Below, in pieces: positions 1 to 13,532 of a stretch of DNA of 64,000 nt. The notes beneath the pieces are model-generated. The model worked only from the letters and a program-made list of their open reading frames with translations, was not told where the DNA came from and did no database searches. The stretch is from Paraspadella gotoi. Taxonomy: Eukaryota; Animalia; Chaetognatha. Location of the stretch: assembly GCA_051294375.1 (NCBI GenBank), contig CM119263.1, positions 29,596,889-29,660,888 of the forward strand. The letters are read 5' to 3'. The position numbers were made by a program, and so were the translations under genes. The number at the start of each line of letters is the position of its first letter. The stretch's first letter is position 1.

Positions 1-14
1 CTCTCATTTTCCAT

Positions 15-128
15 ACTGTTTCTTTCCCTTTCTAACTGTTTCTTTCCTTTCCAAACTGTTTTTTCTCTCTTCAAACTGTTTCTTTCCTTTCCAAACTGTT
101 TTCCCTTCTCTTTCCAAACTGTTGTTTT
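15..128. repeat. ~20-bp minisatellite (actgtttctttcctttccaa)
   Basis: About 5-6 degenerate tandem copies of aactgtttctttcctttcc at the window start. Confidence 0.7.
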
Positions 129-551
129 CCCAGAAACGCGAAATATTTCCCCGCCAAATCCGCTCAGAAAATCCTTATCCGAATTTTAAAATAAAAAAAT
201 GGAAATTTTTTTTTTCATTTCGACTTTCGACGGACGTTTTGGGATTTTTGTATTTATTTCATTTTCCTATTTAAGTTTGTGTTTGTGAAAGATAGTATCG
301 AAAACCGTAAACAATAATTATCTCTATCTTTCTTTCTTTCACTTTATTTCTAGTTTTCTTTGTTAAATCTTTAATTCATTAAAATCATTATCGATGATTT
401 TCAATTTAAACTTTAACAGGATCGTTATCATTAATTTTTTTTTCCATTTGTTTTTAATGTGTTTTTTTCTCTTAGTTTCTACTTTTTCTCTTTTATTCTC
501 TTCTGAATTCTTTCCACTGGGAGAAGAATTTTATTATCAGCATCTTCCTTT

Positions 552-684
<133 letters not shown>

Positions 685-886
685 ATTATTTCCTTTTCTT
701 CCTCCCCTATTCTCCTAACTTTCACTTTTTTGACAGTTTGAGAGAGAGTGGAAAATATCGAAAACATTTTCACGAATTGCAAAGTAGGAAGCAAGTTTCT
801 TTTTTTTTTCCTCCAAAACGATTTTTTAAAACAATTTAGTTGAAAATTAGGGTGAGAGTGCGCGAGAGAGAGTGATAGAGAGAGAA

Positions 887-962
<76 letters not shown>

Positions 963-968
963 GGAAAG

Positions 969-1004
<36 letters not shown>

Positions 1005-1145
1005 CAGAGAAAGAAAAAAATAAAGAAAGAAAAAGAAATAAAAGAAAAATAAAAAAAAACCAGATAGAGAGAGAGTGAGACTAATTTGTCGAAATTCTAG
1101 AGGAAAAACTCTCAGTGCTTCGGTTTTGGAAATGGAACCGGGCCC

Positions 1146-1194
<49 letters not shown>

Positions 1195-1203
1195 GAGGAG
1201 GAG

Positions 1204-1262
<59 letters not shown>

Positions 1263-1309
1263 TTAAAAACCCAATAGTGACATTTCATCTTTCACTCAAT
1301 TCTCTTTTT

Positions 1310-1410
1310 GTCACATCATGTCATGTCATGTCAAGTTACGTCACGTCTCGTCATGTCAAGTACACGTCACGTCACGTCCTGTCATGTCAAGTAACGTCCC
1401 GTCATGTCAT
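1310..1410. repeat. (CATGT/CACGT)n pentamer repeat
   Basis: tcatgtcatgtcatgtc...gtcacgtcacgtc. Confidence 0.8.
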
Positions 1411-1464
1411 ACCAGGTCAAGAGAGTCGAAATGGGACAGGGAGCGGTCAGTCGGGATAAGTGAA

Positions 1465-1604
1465 ATAAGGGTCAGGACCAATATTATAATGGTAAGGACA
1501 AAGAATATAACAGTAAGGACAAAGAATATAAGGGTAGGGACAAAGAATATAGAAGTAAGGACAAAGAATATAGAAGTAAGGACAAAGAATATAAGGGTAA
1601 GGAC
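1465..1604. repeat. 21-bp minisatellite (taaggacaaagaatatagaag)
   Basis: About 6-7 tandem units; gives the VRTKNIE pseudo-repeat in ORF 1318-1710. Confidence 0.85.
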
Positions 1605-1698
1605 ACCCGCTCCCCTTTCCCCCTTCTTTCCTCACATCCAGATTTCCTTTTTATTCATCGTTTCCCCCCCCCAGTGGGCGTGTCCGCGTCTTGCGTTG

Positions 1699-1765
1699 AC
1701 TTCCGGTTAATTTTCCCGCGATGACGCGTGAGAAAATGGCGGAGGTCGATCCCGGGCGTGTGGGT
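1699..1765 (+). promoter_or_regulatory. CpG-rich promoter-like cluster with possible first coding exon
   Basis: ACTTCCGG (ETS-like, 1699), TTTTCCCGCG (E2F-like, 1711), ATGACGCG (CRE-like, 1721), AAAATGGCGG (YY1-like/Kozak, ATG at 1736), then MAEVDPGR and a possible donor GTGGGT at 1760. Confidence 0.4.
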
Positions 1766-2750
1766 GGGGTCGATTCGGCGGATGGGAAAATTTGATGGGA
1801 TAAAAAAGAAGCGAATGGGAAAAAATTGGTTGGAATGAAATCTGTTGGGATGGGAAAATCGGTTTGAATGAAAGTATGTAAAGCTAAACATTGTTTGAAA
1901 TGTAATGTTTGTGAAATAATAGCCCAGCATAGGCCAAAGTGAGGGGCGATACAGCTCATTAATTGATTGAATAATTTTTGTATTACTTGTATAAGTTTAA
2001 CAAAAAAGATATTTAAATAATAAATATTGAAAACCAGCAAATTAGCTCGTAATTAAATAGAACAAGACCATCCGAATATTTAAAACAATGGGATGAGATA
2101 GAAAAAAATAAATAAATGTCGTACGTTAAGAATTGTAGAAGTCAGAGGATAAGAGAAAACCTGAATGAAAGTCAAAAGTAAAAGAATTATCCCCAGACGA
2201 TGGGGGAAAGGAAAAAAGCCTTTTTCTACAGTGGGACGAATCCCAAGTCTCTCAAATTCCACCCGTTCCCTTCAACCCTTACCCTATAAATGTAGCAGAA
2301 TAATTTGTGATTCATTTCAAATGAAATTGAGTTCTTCAATCTCATTTACATATTGTAGCAATTTAGATCATTTTTCATATCTTTTGATACAGTTTTCATA
2401 ATAGTCTTATTTTACGTTTTTAGCAATACTTTTAATAGATTTTAATAATGATCTTACCATTTCTTACGTTTCTTCTTTTCTCTTTCACCGAATCTTTGGA
2501 AGATAAAAAAGGAAAAAATAGAAGATGAATCATAAAAAATATTCTAAAAAAATCCAATGGGAGAGCCAAGATGAAAATAGACATGAAAGGACAGAAAAGC
2601 GAAGATAGAAAAGATCAGAAAGGATTTCTGAGAAATCCCTTCGATTTCTAAGAAATGCCTCCGACCAGGAAGTCGACTCAGAAATCATTAGAATCGAGTT
2701 CTTTGGCGAATGCCGCCCACAGCCCTAATGACTCCCCCGGCTACTCATAT

Positions 2751-2781
<31 letters not shown>

Positions 2782-3022
2782 ATCTCTCTTCTCTCTCTCT
2801 TCTCATCTCCTCTCTCTCTCTCCTCCCTCTTCTCTCTCCTCCGTCCACATGATTCCCTTTCATTTTTTATCTCGTTTTACTTTTTCCTCACTTTTTCTCC
2901 TCTTTTAAAAAAAATCTTTCTCTTTTTCTCCTTGTCCTTACCAACTCTCTCTTATTTTTTCTTTCCCTTCTTCTTTTCTCTCTCTCTCATTCCTTCTCTC
3001 TCTCCTCTCTCCATCTTCTCTC

Positions 3023-3062
<40 letters not shown>

Positions 3063-3104
3063 GCCCTAATCTCTTCAACTCTCTCTCTCTCTCCCTCCCT
3101 CCCT

Positions 3105-3117
3105 CGCCCCCTGGCGG
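3105..3117 (-). promoter_or_regulatory. CTCF-like motif
   Basis: CGCCCCCTGGCGG resembles the CTCF core GCGCCCCCTRGTGG; motif match only. Confidence 0.2.
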
Positions 3118-3607
3118 CGACCACTAATCGCGTAATGAGTTTTTCTTTTGTTTTAACTTCTCCCGTTTACCTCCTTTGGCAAAAGGCTGTCGGAGTAGAA
3201 GGAGGATGGGGACCGCTGGGGAGAAAGGTAGGGAGAGAGAGAAAGGGAGGGAGGAGCACGGGAGAAGGGGGGGGGGAAGAGAGAGAAAAGAGAGTCAGAG
3301 AAGAGAGAGAAGAGAAGATGAAGTTTAAATAATGGGTATGGAGAATAAAAGAGAGGAAAAGAGAAGAGAGAAGAGAGAAGAGAGAGGAAAAAGGGAAAGA
3401 GAAAAAGAGGAGAGAGTGAAAAAGAGAAGATAAAGATGGAAAGGGGAGAAGACAGAAGAGAGAGGGACAATGAATTACTAGAAAAGAAAGAAATAGAGAA
3501 GAAGAAAGGAGAAAGGAAAATAGAAAAGGCGATAAAAAGGGAGAATAGGAAAAAGAAATAAGAATAAATGAAAGGAAATAGGAAGAAAGAAGAGAGGAAA
3601 GGAAAGA

Positions 3608-3690
3608 GAGACTATGAGAGAGACTATGAAAGAGACTATGAGAGAGACTATGAGAGAGACTATGAGAGAGACGATGAGAGACTTTGAGAC
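3608..3690. repeat. 10-12-bp tandem repeat (gagagactatga)
   Basis: About 6 copies. Confidence 0.75.
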
Positions 3691-3879
3691 TAGAGTGTGA
3701 TTATGAAGAAAAAAGCGAGAGAAGTCTGAGGTTATTGAACTGATATCTTTTCATATCAACGCCCCTGGCGGCGGTTGACTGAATTTCGAAAGGGAGTTTT
3801 TTTGCCTTTGGCGGGGAAGAGATATCTATAGCATCTAAAGGGTGATAAAGTAAGGGGTGTTTATCAGCGTCGAGAGAGA

Positions 3880-4000
3880 TGACAACGACGACGACGACGA
3901 CGACGACGACAACGACGATAATGACAACGATAACGGCGACTACTACGACGACGACAACTACGACGACAATGACGACGACAGCGACGACGACAACGACGAC
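3880..4000. repeat. (GAC/AAC)n degenerate trinucleotide repeat
   Basis: gacgacgac... tract; the same class recurs at ~5161, ~9993, ~11055, ~11372, ~23498, ~29800, ~39668, ~63293. Confidence 0.9.
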
Positions 4001-4500
4001 GCCGCGGGCTAAAGGGATAATGGATATTATCTGCAGAAACAGATTTGCCTCAGCGGGATCAGGTGGCGATGACGACGACAACAATGACAACAACAACAAC
4101 GAAATAACAACAACAACGACTTCGGATCACCGAAGGGTAAACGAGCGGTAATGCTAAGCAAATACAATAACGAGGGGAGCAGCTGCGATTCTCTGCAGTT
4201 TGTATTTGATTTACAGGTTTTTTGTTTGTTTGTTTTTTTTTTATTTAGATGCAACAAACATTTGAGTTTTTATCTTCGTGTCTCAAGCAGACGTTCGTCT
4301 TCCGTTTCTGCGTGCCTGAATACGTTTGCGTGTGTGCCTGTCTTTTGTTTTTTAAATTATTATTGCGATATTCACTTTACAAATATGTTTCACATATTTA
4401 TGTCTTTTTCTCAGTTGAGAAAAATAAGGTGTTTTTTTCTTCATTTTGTAGTTGCTATATTTTGTTTTGAAAGAAAATTGTATATACACAGAAGCAGATC

Positions 4501-4572
<72 letters not shown>

Positions 4573-5004
4573 CTCTCTCCCTCTCTCTCCCTTTTCATAA
4601 CTTCCCCTACTTATCCATCCTTTTTATCGCTCAACATGATTTTTTATCGTTTCCAAAATTGTTTTCCTTCTTAATATGCAATTATGCGTATTATACGTTT
4701 TCTTTCGCTCGAGTCAGTCGTCCGTCGATCGGCCTACTCATTGCAAAGTATTCTATAATTTATTAAAGTTTGTAAGTCACTTCGGAATTATTCGCCTTTT
4801 TTAATAAAAGTATTTTTTATTGGGTTCTATATATTATCGTTATTGTTACTGTTACTATATTGTTATAAAAGTAACTTGTTTTGGTGTATTATTATTGATA
4901 TTGTCACAGAATAGAATTCCCCTCCCCCGACAAAACTGAAAACCACGATTTACCTCGAATCACCTCAAATCACCGTGAACACGAATTAATCACCATCGAA
5001 TCAC

Positions 5005-5113
5005 CATGAATTTCTATGGTACTTCTTGAACCGTTGTTCCCTCGAGGCGTAGAGGTTTATTCCCAGATCGTTATGACCCTCAATTCTGTGAATGGCTCTC
5101 ACAGAACTCTGAG
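5005..5113 (-). CDS. Candidate internal coding exon, unknown product
   Basis: Minus strand ctctcactattcccag acceptor, one open frame QSSVRAIHRIEGHNDLGINLYASREQRFKKYHRNS (the other two have stops), donor GTGATT; no family recognised. Confidence 0.25.
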
Positions 5114-5160
5114 CTGGGAATAGTGAGAGAGCAGGAATTTTTTTTTTGTGGGGACTAATT

Positions 5161-5191
<31 letters not shown>

Positions 5192-5234
5192 TGATAGGTC
5201 ATCAAGGAGGCAACGATCAGAGAGGGAGAGAGAG

Positions 5235-5356
<122 letters not shown>

Positions 5357-7751
5357 AGAGCGGGATTTTTCGTCTGGCGGTGTAAGCGAAGATTTAGTCC
5401 CCGGGGGAGGGGAGGGGATGAAATCAATCCCCTTTGGGGAATAGAGACGGGGAAGGACTTTTCCCTTTGGGGATGGTTCAGGGCGAAGGCTGTGTCTAAG
5501 GAGGAAGGATATTTCCTTTCCCGATTGGGCAAGGAGGGAGACGGACCACTGGGGAAAACAGGAGGAAGCCTTAGGATTGAATGAGAGGGAAAGGAAAGGG
5601 AAAAAAGAAAAGGAACGCGGAGGAAAGGAAAGGAATAAAGAATGAATGAAAAGAAAGTAAATGGATTTGACAAAAAATTACAAAAACGTTTAATTAGGAA
5701 AGGAAACTTCGTACGAAATGGAACTTGTGAGAAATGTTTATGTCGATTGGGACCCATATCAAATCGTATCGATCCATATCGGCACATAGCGGCCTTTGGC
5801 AACTCATAGAAGCACACTGCGGCTCATATGAACCCAGGGCTCATGGCACAATCGAATATCCTTTTCCGCATTTCGCGTAATCCGATCCGACAGATGAAGG
5901 GAGAGAACCGAAGCGCTCGTCTCACCCCGTCCTTGGTTCACTCCTCCCGCGCTTAGTTGTGCCATCCTCTGTTGTCCTTTCATCACGCCAGCCACCCCTG
6001 GGGATAATTTATTCCACTCCCGCGCTAATATCTGCAACCGCTCGCGCACACACAGGCCAATATCTGCCACCCCCGCGCGAATTCATGACACCCCCGGATT
6101 ATTATTTTACACTTTGCGCCAATAGTGCCACTTCCGCGCCAATTCTTGGCACCCCCACGCCAATCTATTCCACCCCCGCGTCACACTGCCTACCGTCATT
6201 TTGCTCACCGCCATTCTCGCCTTAAGTCCGCGCAGATTAAATTTCATCTCCTTCGACCCGACCGAGCAAGCAGAACCAAGCAAAACCAAATGGTACCAAG
6301 CAGCCAATTTCGATTTCCCTTCAAACTCTGCCACCGACCAACTACGCTTCGTTTCGTTTCAAGTGAAATGTGAATATTAATGTGAATGTGAATATCAAAC
6401 CAGCAAATGCATAAAATGATCTCTTTCGTCCTTCCATCTACCAGTGGAGGTAGACGAGATAAAATGGCGAACAGAATGAGATGAATCGATTCGTTGAAAT
6501 TAGAAAAGCGAATGGAATCGAATTGGCTTAACTGTACAAGGTGGCACTCATTTTTATAGGAAGAGAGAGAGAAATAACTTTGGATTACATTTGTAAAAAT
6601 CCAAATAAGGTAAAGTTTTTTGGTCCGGCGTTTGAACAGAGGGAGAATTGAAAATTTAAAAGAATAAGGCCGGCGATTTTATTTTCTTTCTTACTAATAA
6701 TAATCGGGATCTCCACTCATCCATCTCGCCATAACCCATCTACCCATCCACCCTTGACTTTCTGCTTTATCTTCCCCAACCCAATCTTTTTTCCGTCAAC
6801 TCCCTTCCATTCTTAATTGCGCCCAGATTTAACCTGCCGAGTCACAACGAGGTTGTACATTACGACCGCCTCAATTACTGATGCCTTCCCTTTGCAAGAA
6901 AACGCAATCCGGTTTGTCTCGACTCGTCGAAGTGACAGAGAATCGAATGGCATCGGTTGCTTCGTTGGTTCCTAATGGCGAACGGATACCATCTGGCTTG
7001 GAATGGCAGCCGAAGGAAACAAAGCGCCATTTAAAATGCAAAAAAAGTTCTATTAAAATAAGATGGTGAAAACTTTTTGAAAGATTTAAGACTCGCCCGA
7101 AACCGGTAGATCGAATGGCATAGAATTGCATCCAATGGCACCGAATGCCATCGATGGCAGACTGAAGGAGACAAATGATTCCATCGATGGAATCGTCGAT
7201 GAACGGAATCCAATTGACCTTTCACCTTTTTCCCGCCATCTTAACTCACCGGCGCCGCGCGGGTTTCTTGACCCAAATTTGACCCAACCTTGGCGCAGAT
7301 CCCTTTGTGCCTTATCTTTTGAAGGAGCGACCAAGAAAACCGGAGCCCCGCTTCGCCTCACTCACCTTTCTGATCGCACTTCCCTTCCGATTTCTCTATA
7401 ATTCTCAACTCACCCTTTGGCGTTCGTGAGTGACTTACTTTTTCCACAATTCCATGTCAATATTTCAAATTCCAAACGTTGGAATTATCTTTTTTTTTAA
7501 TTACTCAGCAGATGTTTCTCTCCAACATTAATCATGTCCGCGATCTCCCACTTTCTAAATTCAAAAAAAAAACTTTCGTCGCCATTTTTAATTTCTCTTT
7601 ATTTCCTTTTCTTCATTTTCGAATTTCCTCCACATCCCCATTTTTTTGCCTCCCTTCCAAACCCCATATTTCACCTTCCACATCCCGTTATTCATTTCCT
7701 TCTCATTTCATCGACGAGATATTTCACTCACCCGCGACGAAACGAACGAAC

Positions 7752-7859
<108 letters not shown>

Positions 7860-8092
7860 CACCCTGTTTCTTTTCACACTTCACTTTCCTCACTTTACCT
7901 AACTTTCACCCCAAAGTTCACCCCCTGTTTCATCCTTTCCTTCAATTACCACTCCGCGCTGCCATTCGGGGAAAAAAGAGTGGCAAGCTGGCAGCGGCGA
8001 GAATGCCATTAGGTTCCGACTCCCGATCCTTTCGTTTCGAGGCGAAAGGAAAATGCCACACCATTAATTTTTGCTCCTTGATGAGAATTTCC

Positions 8093-8191
<99 letters not shown>

Positions 8192-8264
8192 ACGACTCGG
8201 GAGGTGTAATTGGCCGCTCGATTCGCGATACTCTCTCTCTCTCTGTTTCCCTTCGAACATTTTT

Positions 8265-8357
<93 letters not shown>

Positions 8358-8941
8358 CTCTCCTTTTTTTCTCCCTCCACCCCGCCTCAGCCTCGACGGT
8401 CGATTGTGACCGAAATTTCTGATTTATGACCACAGAATCCGACGACGTCAACTGATTTCCTTTTTCGCCAAGGCCACTCTGCCCCCCCCCCACCCACGGG
8501 CCATGCCATATCGCCATGTCGCCATGTCATAGTGGCATGTACCATTGTAATAACTATTGTCATTTTCTTGCTTTTTGTTGTCTAAGTTTGTAGAAAAGAT
8601 TATGCCCAGCGTTCTCTTTCTCCCTCTTTTTCCCTCGTTCGCCCAGTTTTAAGGTCAATATTTTTACCTTTCTTCATAGAGAAATTCGGGCTAACGTTAG
8701 TTTCATTTTAAACCAAAGCAGAAGCAACCATCGCCCGGAAGAAACACATTTTCTACGAAATTTTGGGAAGTATTTTCGATTTCGCCAATTTGTACTCGAT
8801 TTTCCTTAAATAAATCACAGAAACTCATTCAAAACTCGTTTTTGCTTCTCAAAAACTCATGTTGAAGGCTTTGGACGGGCGACGGAAAGCCTTGAAATTT
8901 ACAAGCGTGAAGAGAAGGAATTCTTCACAAAGTTTGTTGAC

Positions 8942-9070
8942 GACAAGAATGTTTCCTTGGGCAGATGACGAAATGTCGAATTCGTTTCGACCGTTGACAT
9001 GACATGACATGACAAGGCTATTTCCTTGGCCAGATGACGAAATGTCGCCTTCGTTTCGACCGTTGACATG
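8942..9070. repeat. Tandem duplication of a ~60-bp unit
   Basis: gacaag..tttccttgg.cagatgacgaaatgtcg..ttcgtttcgaccgttgacatg at 8942-9001 and 9011-9070. Confidence 0.85.
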
Positions 9071-9298
9071 ATTAAATTCAATATTTATTTATTTATCTAT
9101 AGACAAGAGAATAAGAATTGGTTTTTTGTTTACATACAACCAAATATAAATAAAGCGACATGTTTTGGCCAGGTTGTTAGCCTTCATCAGCGAAAAATAT
9201 TTTGCGCTGATAAAGAGGAACAAACTAACTAACAAACTAACAAACATGTACGTTTTCTTTAAGTGAATTAAATTTGATTAAAATTGATATCGTTTCAG

Positions 9299-9313
9299 AC
9301 GACGTCATACGAG
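9299..9313 (+). CDS. Candidate 15-nt microexon
   Basis: tttcag|ACGACGTCATACGAG|gtaagt: consensus acceptor and donor, length divisible by 3. Confidence 0.3.
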
Positions 9314-9991
9314 GTAAGTAGAATTAGGAAAAGATCGCTCACCCAAAAAGAGCATCGCTACAGTTAGTTGTATGTAAACAAAACAAAACAAATTCATTCA
9401 TTCGTCCATTCATATAATTTTTTTTATACATTGCTGAATTACAATACAATTCGACTATTACTTAGTATTTTCCTCCTTTAGTTAGTAACATTTTTTTAGT
9501 TCAATTCTTAAGATAATTTCCTCTCTTTACCCTTTCCCGCCCATTCACTCACGGTGCAACTTTTTCTCTCCAAGAAGCAAAAAATTAAAAAAAAAGGTGA
9601 AAAAAGCAGAAAAAAAAAAAAAAAAGCAAAAAAATATGTGCGTCGGGTCCTTTGCAATTGTAGCAGTTGTTTGCGAAAAAAAGAGAATCTTCAAAAGTGA
9701 CGGCAGTGCAGAGGCTTTGATGATTTCTCTGCAACAGTAGCACAGGCGGCTTCTGCGGCGGCGGCGGCGGCTGCGGCTGCCGCAGCGGCGGAGAATGCTC
9801 CAGAGTGAAGAAAAGGGAGGTGGGGACGAGGGTGAGGAATCCCGACGAACCTTACTTTTTGGACCAACTTAAGATTTTTTTTCACAAAAACCATCAGCGA
9901 AAAATAAAAAAACAAAGAAAGAAAACAAAAAGAAAAAACAAAAGTAAAAAAAAACAAAAAACAAAGTCGCTGCCATCATTTTCACTTTTTT

Positions 9992-10028
<37 letters not shown>

Positions 10029-10202
10029 CGCTGTCAACCGACGGCTGAAGGTCATCATTTGAAAAATCTCAGAAACAAAGCTGACGTCATCTTCATCGTC
10101 ATCGTCATCATCTTCACATTCACTTTTTTGTCATTATTTTTTTTCATCTTATTCATATTCGTCAAATACTTTTCGAGATGCAGGATTCGATTCTGGGCCC
10201 TT

Positions 10203-10282
<80 letters not shown>

Positions 10283-10439
10283 GCCTTACCAATGGCCTCT
10301 TTCAAACTCTTACCCCGAGCTCATGGGCTCACCCTTTCACCCTCACTTCTTTCCCCGGATGCTCCCCGGATCGTTATGACGCTTCGGGCGTCGAGAGACA
10401 AGGGCGAGTTTGGGTTGTTATCGTCGGCGTCGTCGCCGC

Positions 10440-10473
<34 letters not shown>

Positions 10474-10663
10474 TCAAGGATGAGCTTTTTTAAAAGTCAA
10501 AATACGAAATACTATGTTTAAAAGATAAAAAAAAAGTGTATAGTAATATTTCCGATTAAATTAAAAATATTAATTTATAACAAGAAATGAGGATTCAAAC
10601 CCGGAACCGTTCAGCTTCACTTGAATCCGTTTCCTGCTGTTGATTTTTTCAGTGGGTATTGGG

Positions 10664-10732
10664 CACTGCAGCACTACCTCAGTGCAGCACTGTCTCACTG
10701 CAGCACTGCCACACTGCAGCACACCCGCACTG
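10664..10732. repeat. 16-bp minisatellite (cactgcagcactgnct)
   Basis: About 4.3 tandem copies. Confidence 0.8.
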
Positions 10733-11110
10733 GGTAGTGGACAAAGTGACGGAACTGTAAACCTAAGCGTCGCTGCTGTGGTTGTTCCTTTCAGTTCATA
10801 GATGGCGTCATTAAGATAAAGTGACGTTGTTCGCTTTGACCTCAAGTAACATTGGGATGTTGAGGTTGTCAGCAGGGTGGCAGGGCGAACGCGTGAGGGC
10901 GGCAGGGCGGGCCCGGCAGAGCAGTGGGCCCAAGAAAAATGGATTATGTGCTGAGGGAAAAAAAAACTTCAGACTGAACAGAATTTTTTTTTCCTTCGAT
11001 AATGATTTTTTTTTGTCTCGCGAATGAAACGACAGTCGAACGTCGATTTTTATCGTCGTCGTCGTCGTCATCGTCGTCATTGCCATCGTCGTCGTCGTCG
11101 TCGCTTTCAA

Positions 11111-11141
<31 letters not shown>

Positions 11142-11370
11142 TTATGGAACAATATAAAAGAATAGTAAAATACGCTCGTTGACGGTTCGGTATATTGTAG
11201 ATTTATTTGTTATTAGAATTCTATACTTTGTAATCTGTATCCAATACTATTATACTGTAATACTGTGATTTGTGTTTACATGATACCATTACTTCTCTCT
11301 CTCTCTTGTCTTGATTTTCCTCATCGTACGAATCAAGCAAAGAAAAGGCTTCTCTATCTATTTTTGACAT

Positions 11371-11413
<43 letters not shown>

Positions 11414-12303
11414 CAGGAAAATCGGATGTCAATCAAAGCAAATTAAGTGAGAAGCGCCGCGACGCCGCGCGAAAAGACGCCGCTTCGAATGACGCCGTGC
11501 GAAAAGACGCGCGAAACGATAAAGACTGAAAAGTCACGTGACCACAAGGCGTCGAAGAAAACGTTGACTCGACCGACGAATCACGAAATGACTCACCAAA
11601 AAAAAAAAAAAAAAAACGATGGAAAAAGACTTGCGGATCGAATCATTTTGCTCACTGATGATGTTTAAACTGTCGCCAAACTGTCGCCAAACTGTCGTCA
11701 AAGCTGTCAAATAAATAAGAAACAAACAAAAAAAACAGTGAAATATAAATAAAGGATAACGTTAATAACCATCGCGCAAAACCGCGTAAAGATGGCGCAA
11801 AGAAACTGCGTAATTAATGGCGCATAAAAAGTCGAGAAACAGAAAATGCATAAATAAATGAAGCGTTAAAAAGAAGCGAAGAAAAAACGAAGGAGAAAAA
11901 AAAGAAGACGAAATGGAAAAAGAAAGAAGAACGACGACAACAACAACGACAATAACGAAATGAACAGCAATCTGTGAATGAAAGAGCTCCGTCTGTCTGT
12001 GAGCGTGTTGTGAAATCGTCGTGATTTTCTGACGCTTTGCGAGCGTAGAATTTAAAATTCGTTCGAAGGTTGAATGTGCGAATTTCCCTCTTGGCATATT
12101 CTTAGCTACTTAGAACTTTCTTTAAAACGTTTTAAAATGCTTCCACGCCTACTCTTCAAACTTTGCGCCCACTTCAGATTATCCAAAATCCTTCCCCCAC
12201 CTCTCATCTTTTCCTTAACACTACCCCGCCCCCGTCTCTCACGCCGCTCCCCCCCCCGCTTCCAAATTTCTTCTCTCTTTGAGCGACGAGAAACCCTAAG
12301 AAA

Positions 12304-12620
12304 TTGGCTCTCTTTTCGTAGAGCGACCCATTTCTGTTCTTTTATCCCCAAAATTTGATTTTAACCTTAATATATTTAGCTTAAAGATATTCTTAAACTT
12401 ATATAACCCAACCTATAAATAAACCTAATCCGGATCCCTAACCTGATTTTAAACCTTAACGCTAAGCCGTTATCCCAAATTTCTAATTCTAACCCCTAAT
12501 CTAAAACCTTACTCTCTAACCAAACTCTAACGAATAACTTAATCCCTAACCTTAATCACTAACCTAATCCGTAACCGAATCCTTAACCCCTAACCTTCAA
12601 CTAAACTCATAAAAATTAAT
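12304..12620 (+). repeat. Dispersed repeat carrying a degenerate (CCCTAA)n-like tract
   Basis: ttggctctcttttc..cccatttctgttc..cttaaacttata..ccctaacc; homologous in reverse orientation to 63125-63277. Confidence 0.6.
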
Positions 12621-12797
12621 CTAATTCCAGTTCTAATATGGAATGGGCCGTTCTGGGAAAATAAGGCCCCAAAAAATTGAGTCGTTGTTGTTGTTGTTGT
12701 TGTTTTCCAAGTCGAGTCGTTGTTGATTGGGAAAACGCAAGACAAACATTAACCCCGACTTCTGGGGGGGGGGCGGTGAAGGTGGGTGAAGTTAAGT

Positions 12798-12950
12798 GGG
12801 TTGAGATGGGACAGATGAGTGGGTTGAGATGGGACAGATGGGTGGGTTGAGATAGGACAGACGGTTAGGTTGAGATGGGACAGACGGTTGGGTTGAGATG
12901 GGGGATGAGGTAGGGTAGAGATAGGGATGAAATAAGGTAGAGATAGGGAT
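12798..12950. repeat. 23-bp minisatellite (gggttgagatgggacagatgagt)
   Basis: About 6 progressively degenerate copies. Confidence 0.8.
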
Positions 12951-13499
12951 AAGGGGAGGGAGAGATGAAAGCGAACGGGTAAGTTAACTTGTTGAGACAG
13001 AAACCGAAAAGAGTAAAAGTCAATGAAAGGAGACGAAGGCAAATGAGAGGGTAAGGTCAGGGTGAGTTCGTCTCGACGGACGACGCCCTTCGGAGTCCTC
13101 GGAGCATCACTCTCTGTCGATACAGGATAACATTCATTTGAGAACCTCTCGACCTCTTGACACCCTTTGTATACTCGCTCTCTCTCTCTCTCTCTGTCTC
13201 TCTCTTTCACTTTCTCACGCTTTAATTCTCCTTTCATTTTTTTTCTCTTATGCTTCTTGGAAGAAAAGGATGTGATGTTTGTTTCTCTTTCTTTCTTTCT
13301 GTCTGTCTGTCTTTCTTTCTTTCTTTCTTTCTTTTTCCTTTCTCCTCTCTCTCTCTCTCCCTTTCTCTCTCTTTTTTTCTTTCTTGCACAGTCCTTGGAA
13401 TGATAACTTTGCTGTCTATCTTTTTCTATGTATCTTCATCCGTTTGATTGTCCGTTTGTCTGTCTGGCCAGCTGCGACTCTCTCTCTCTCTTCTCTCTA

Positions 13500-13532
<33 letters not shown>

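Noticed and set aside
6826-6990. Complex-sequence island with possible exons on either strand (FNLPSHNEVVHYDRLNY* or EPTKQPMPFDSLSLRRVE..)
   Set aside because: Conflicting strands, weak splice sites and no recognisable family
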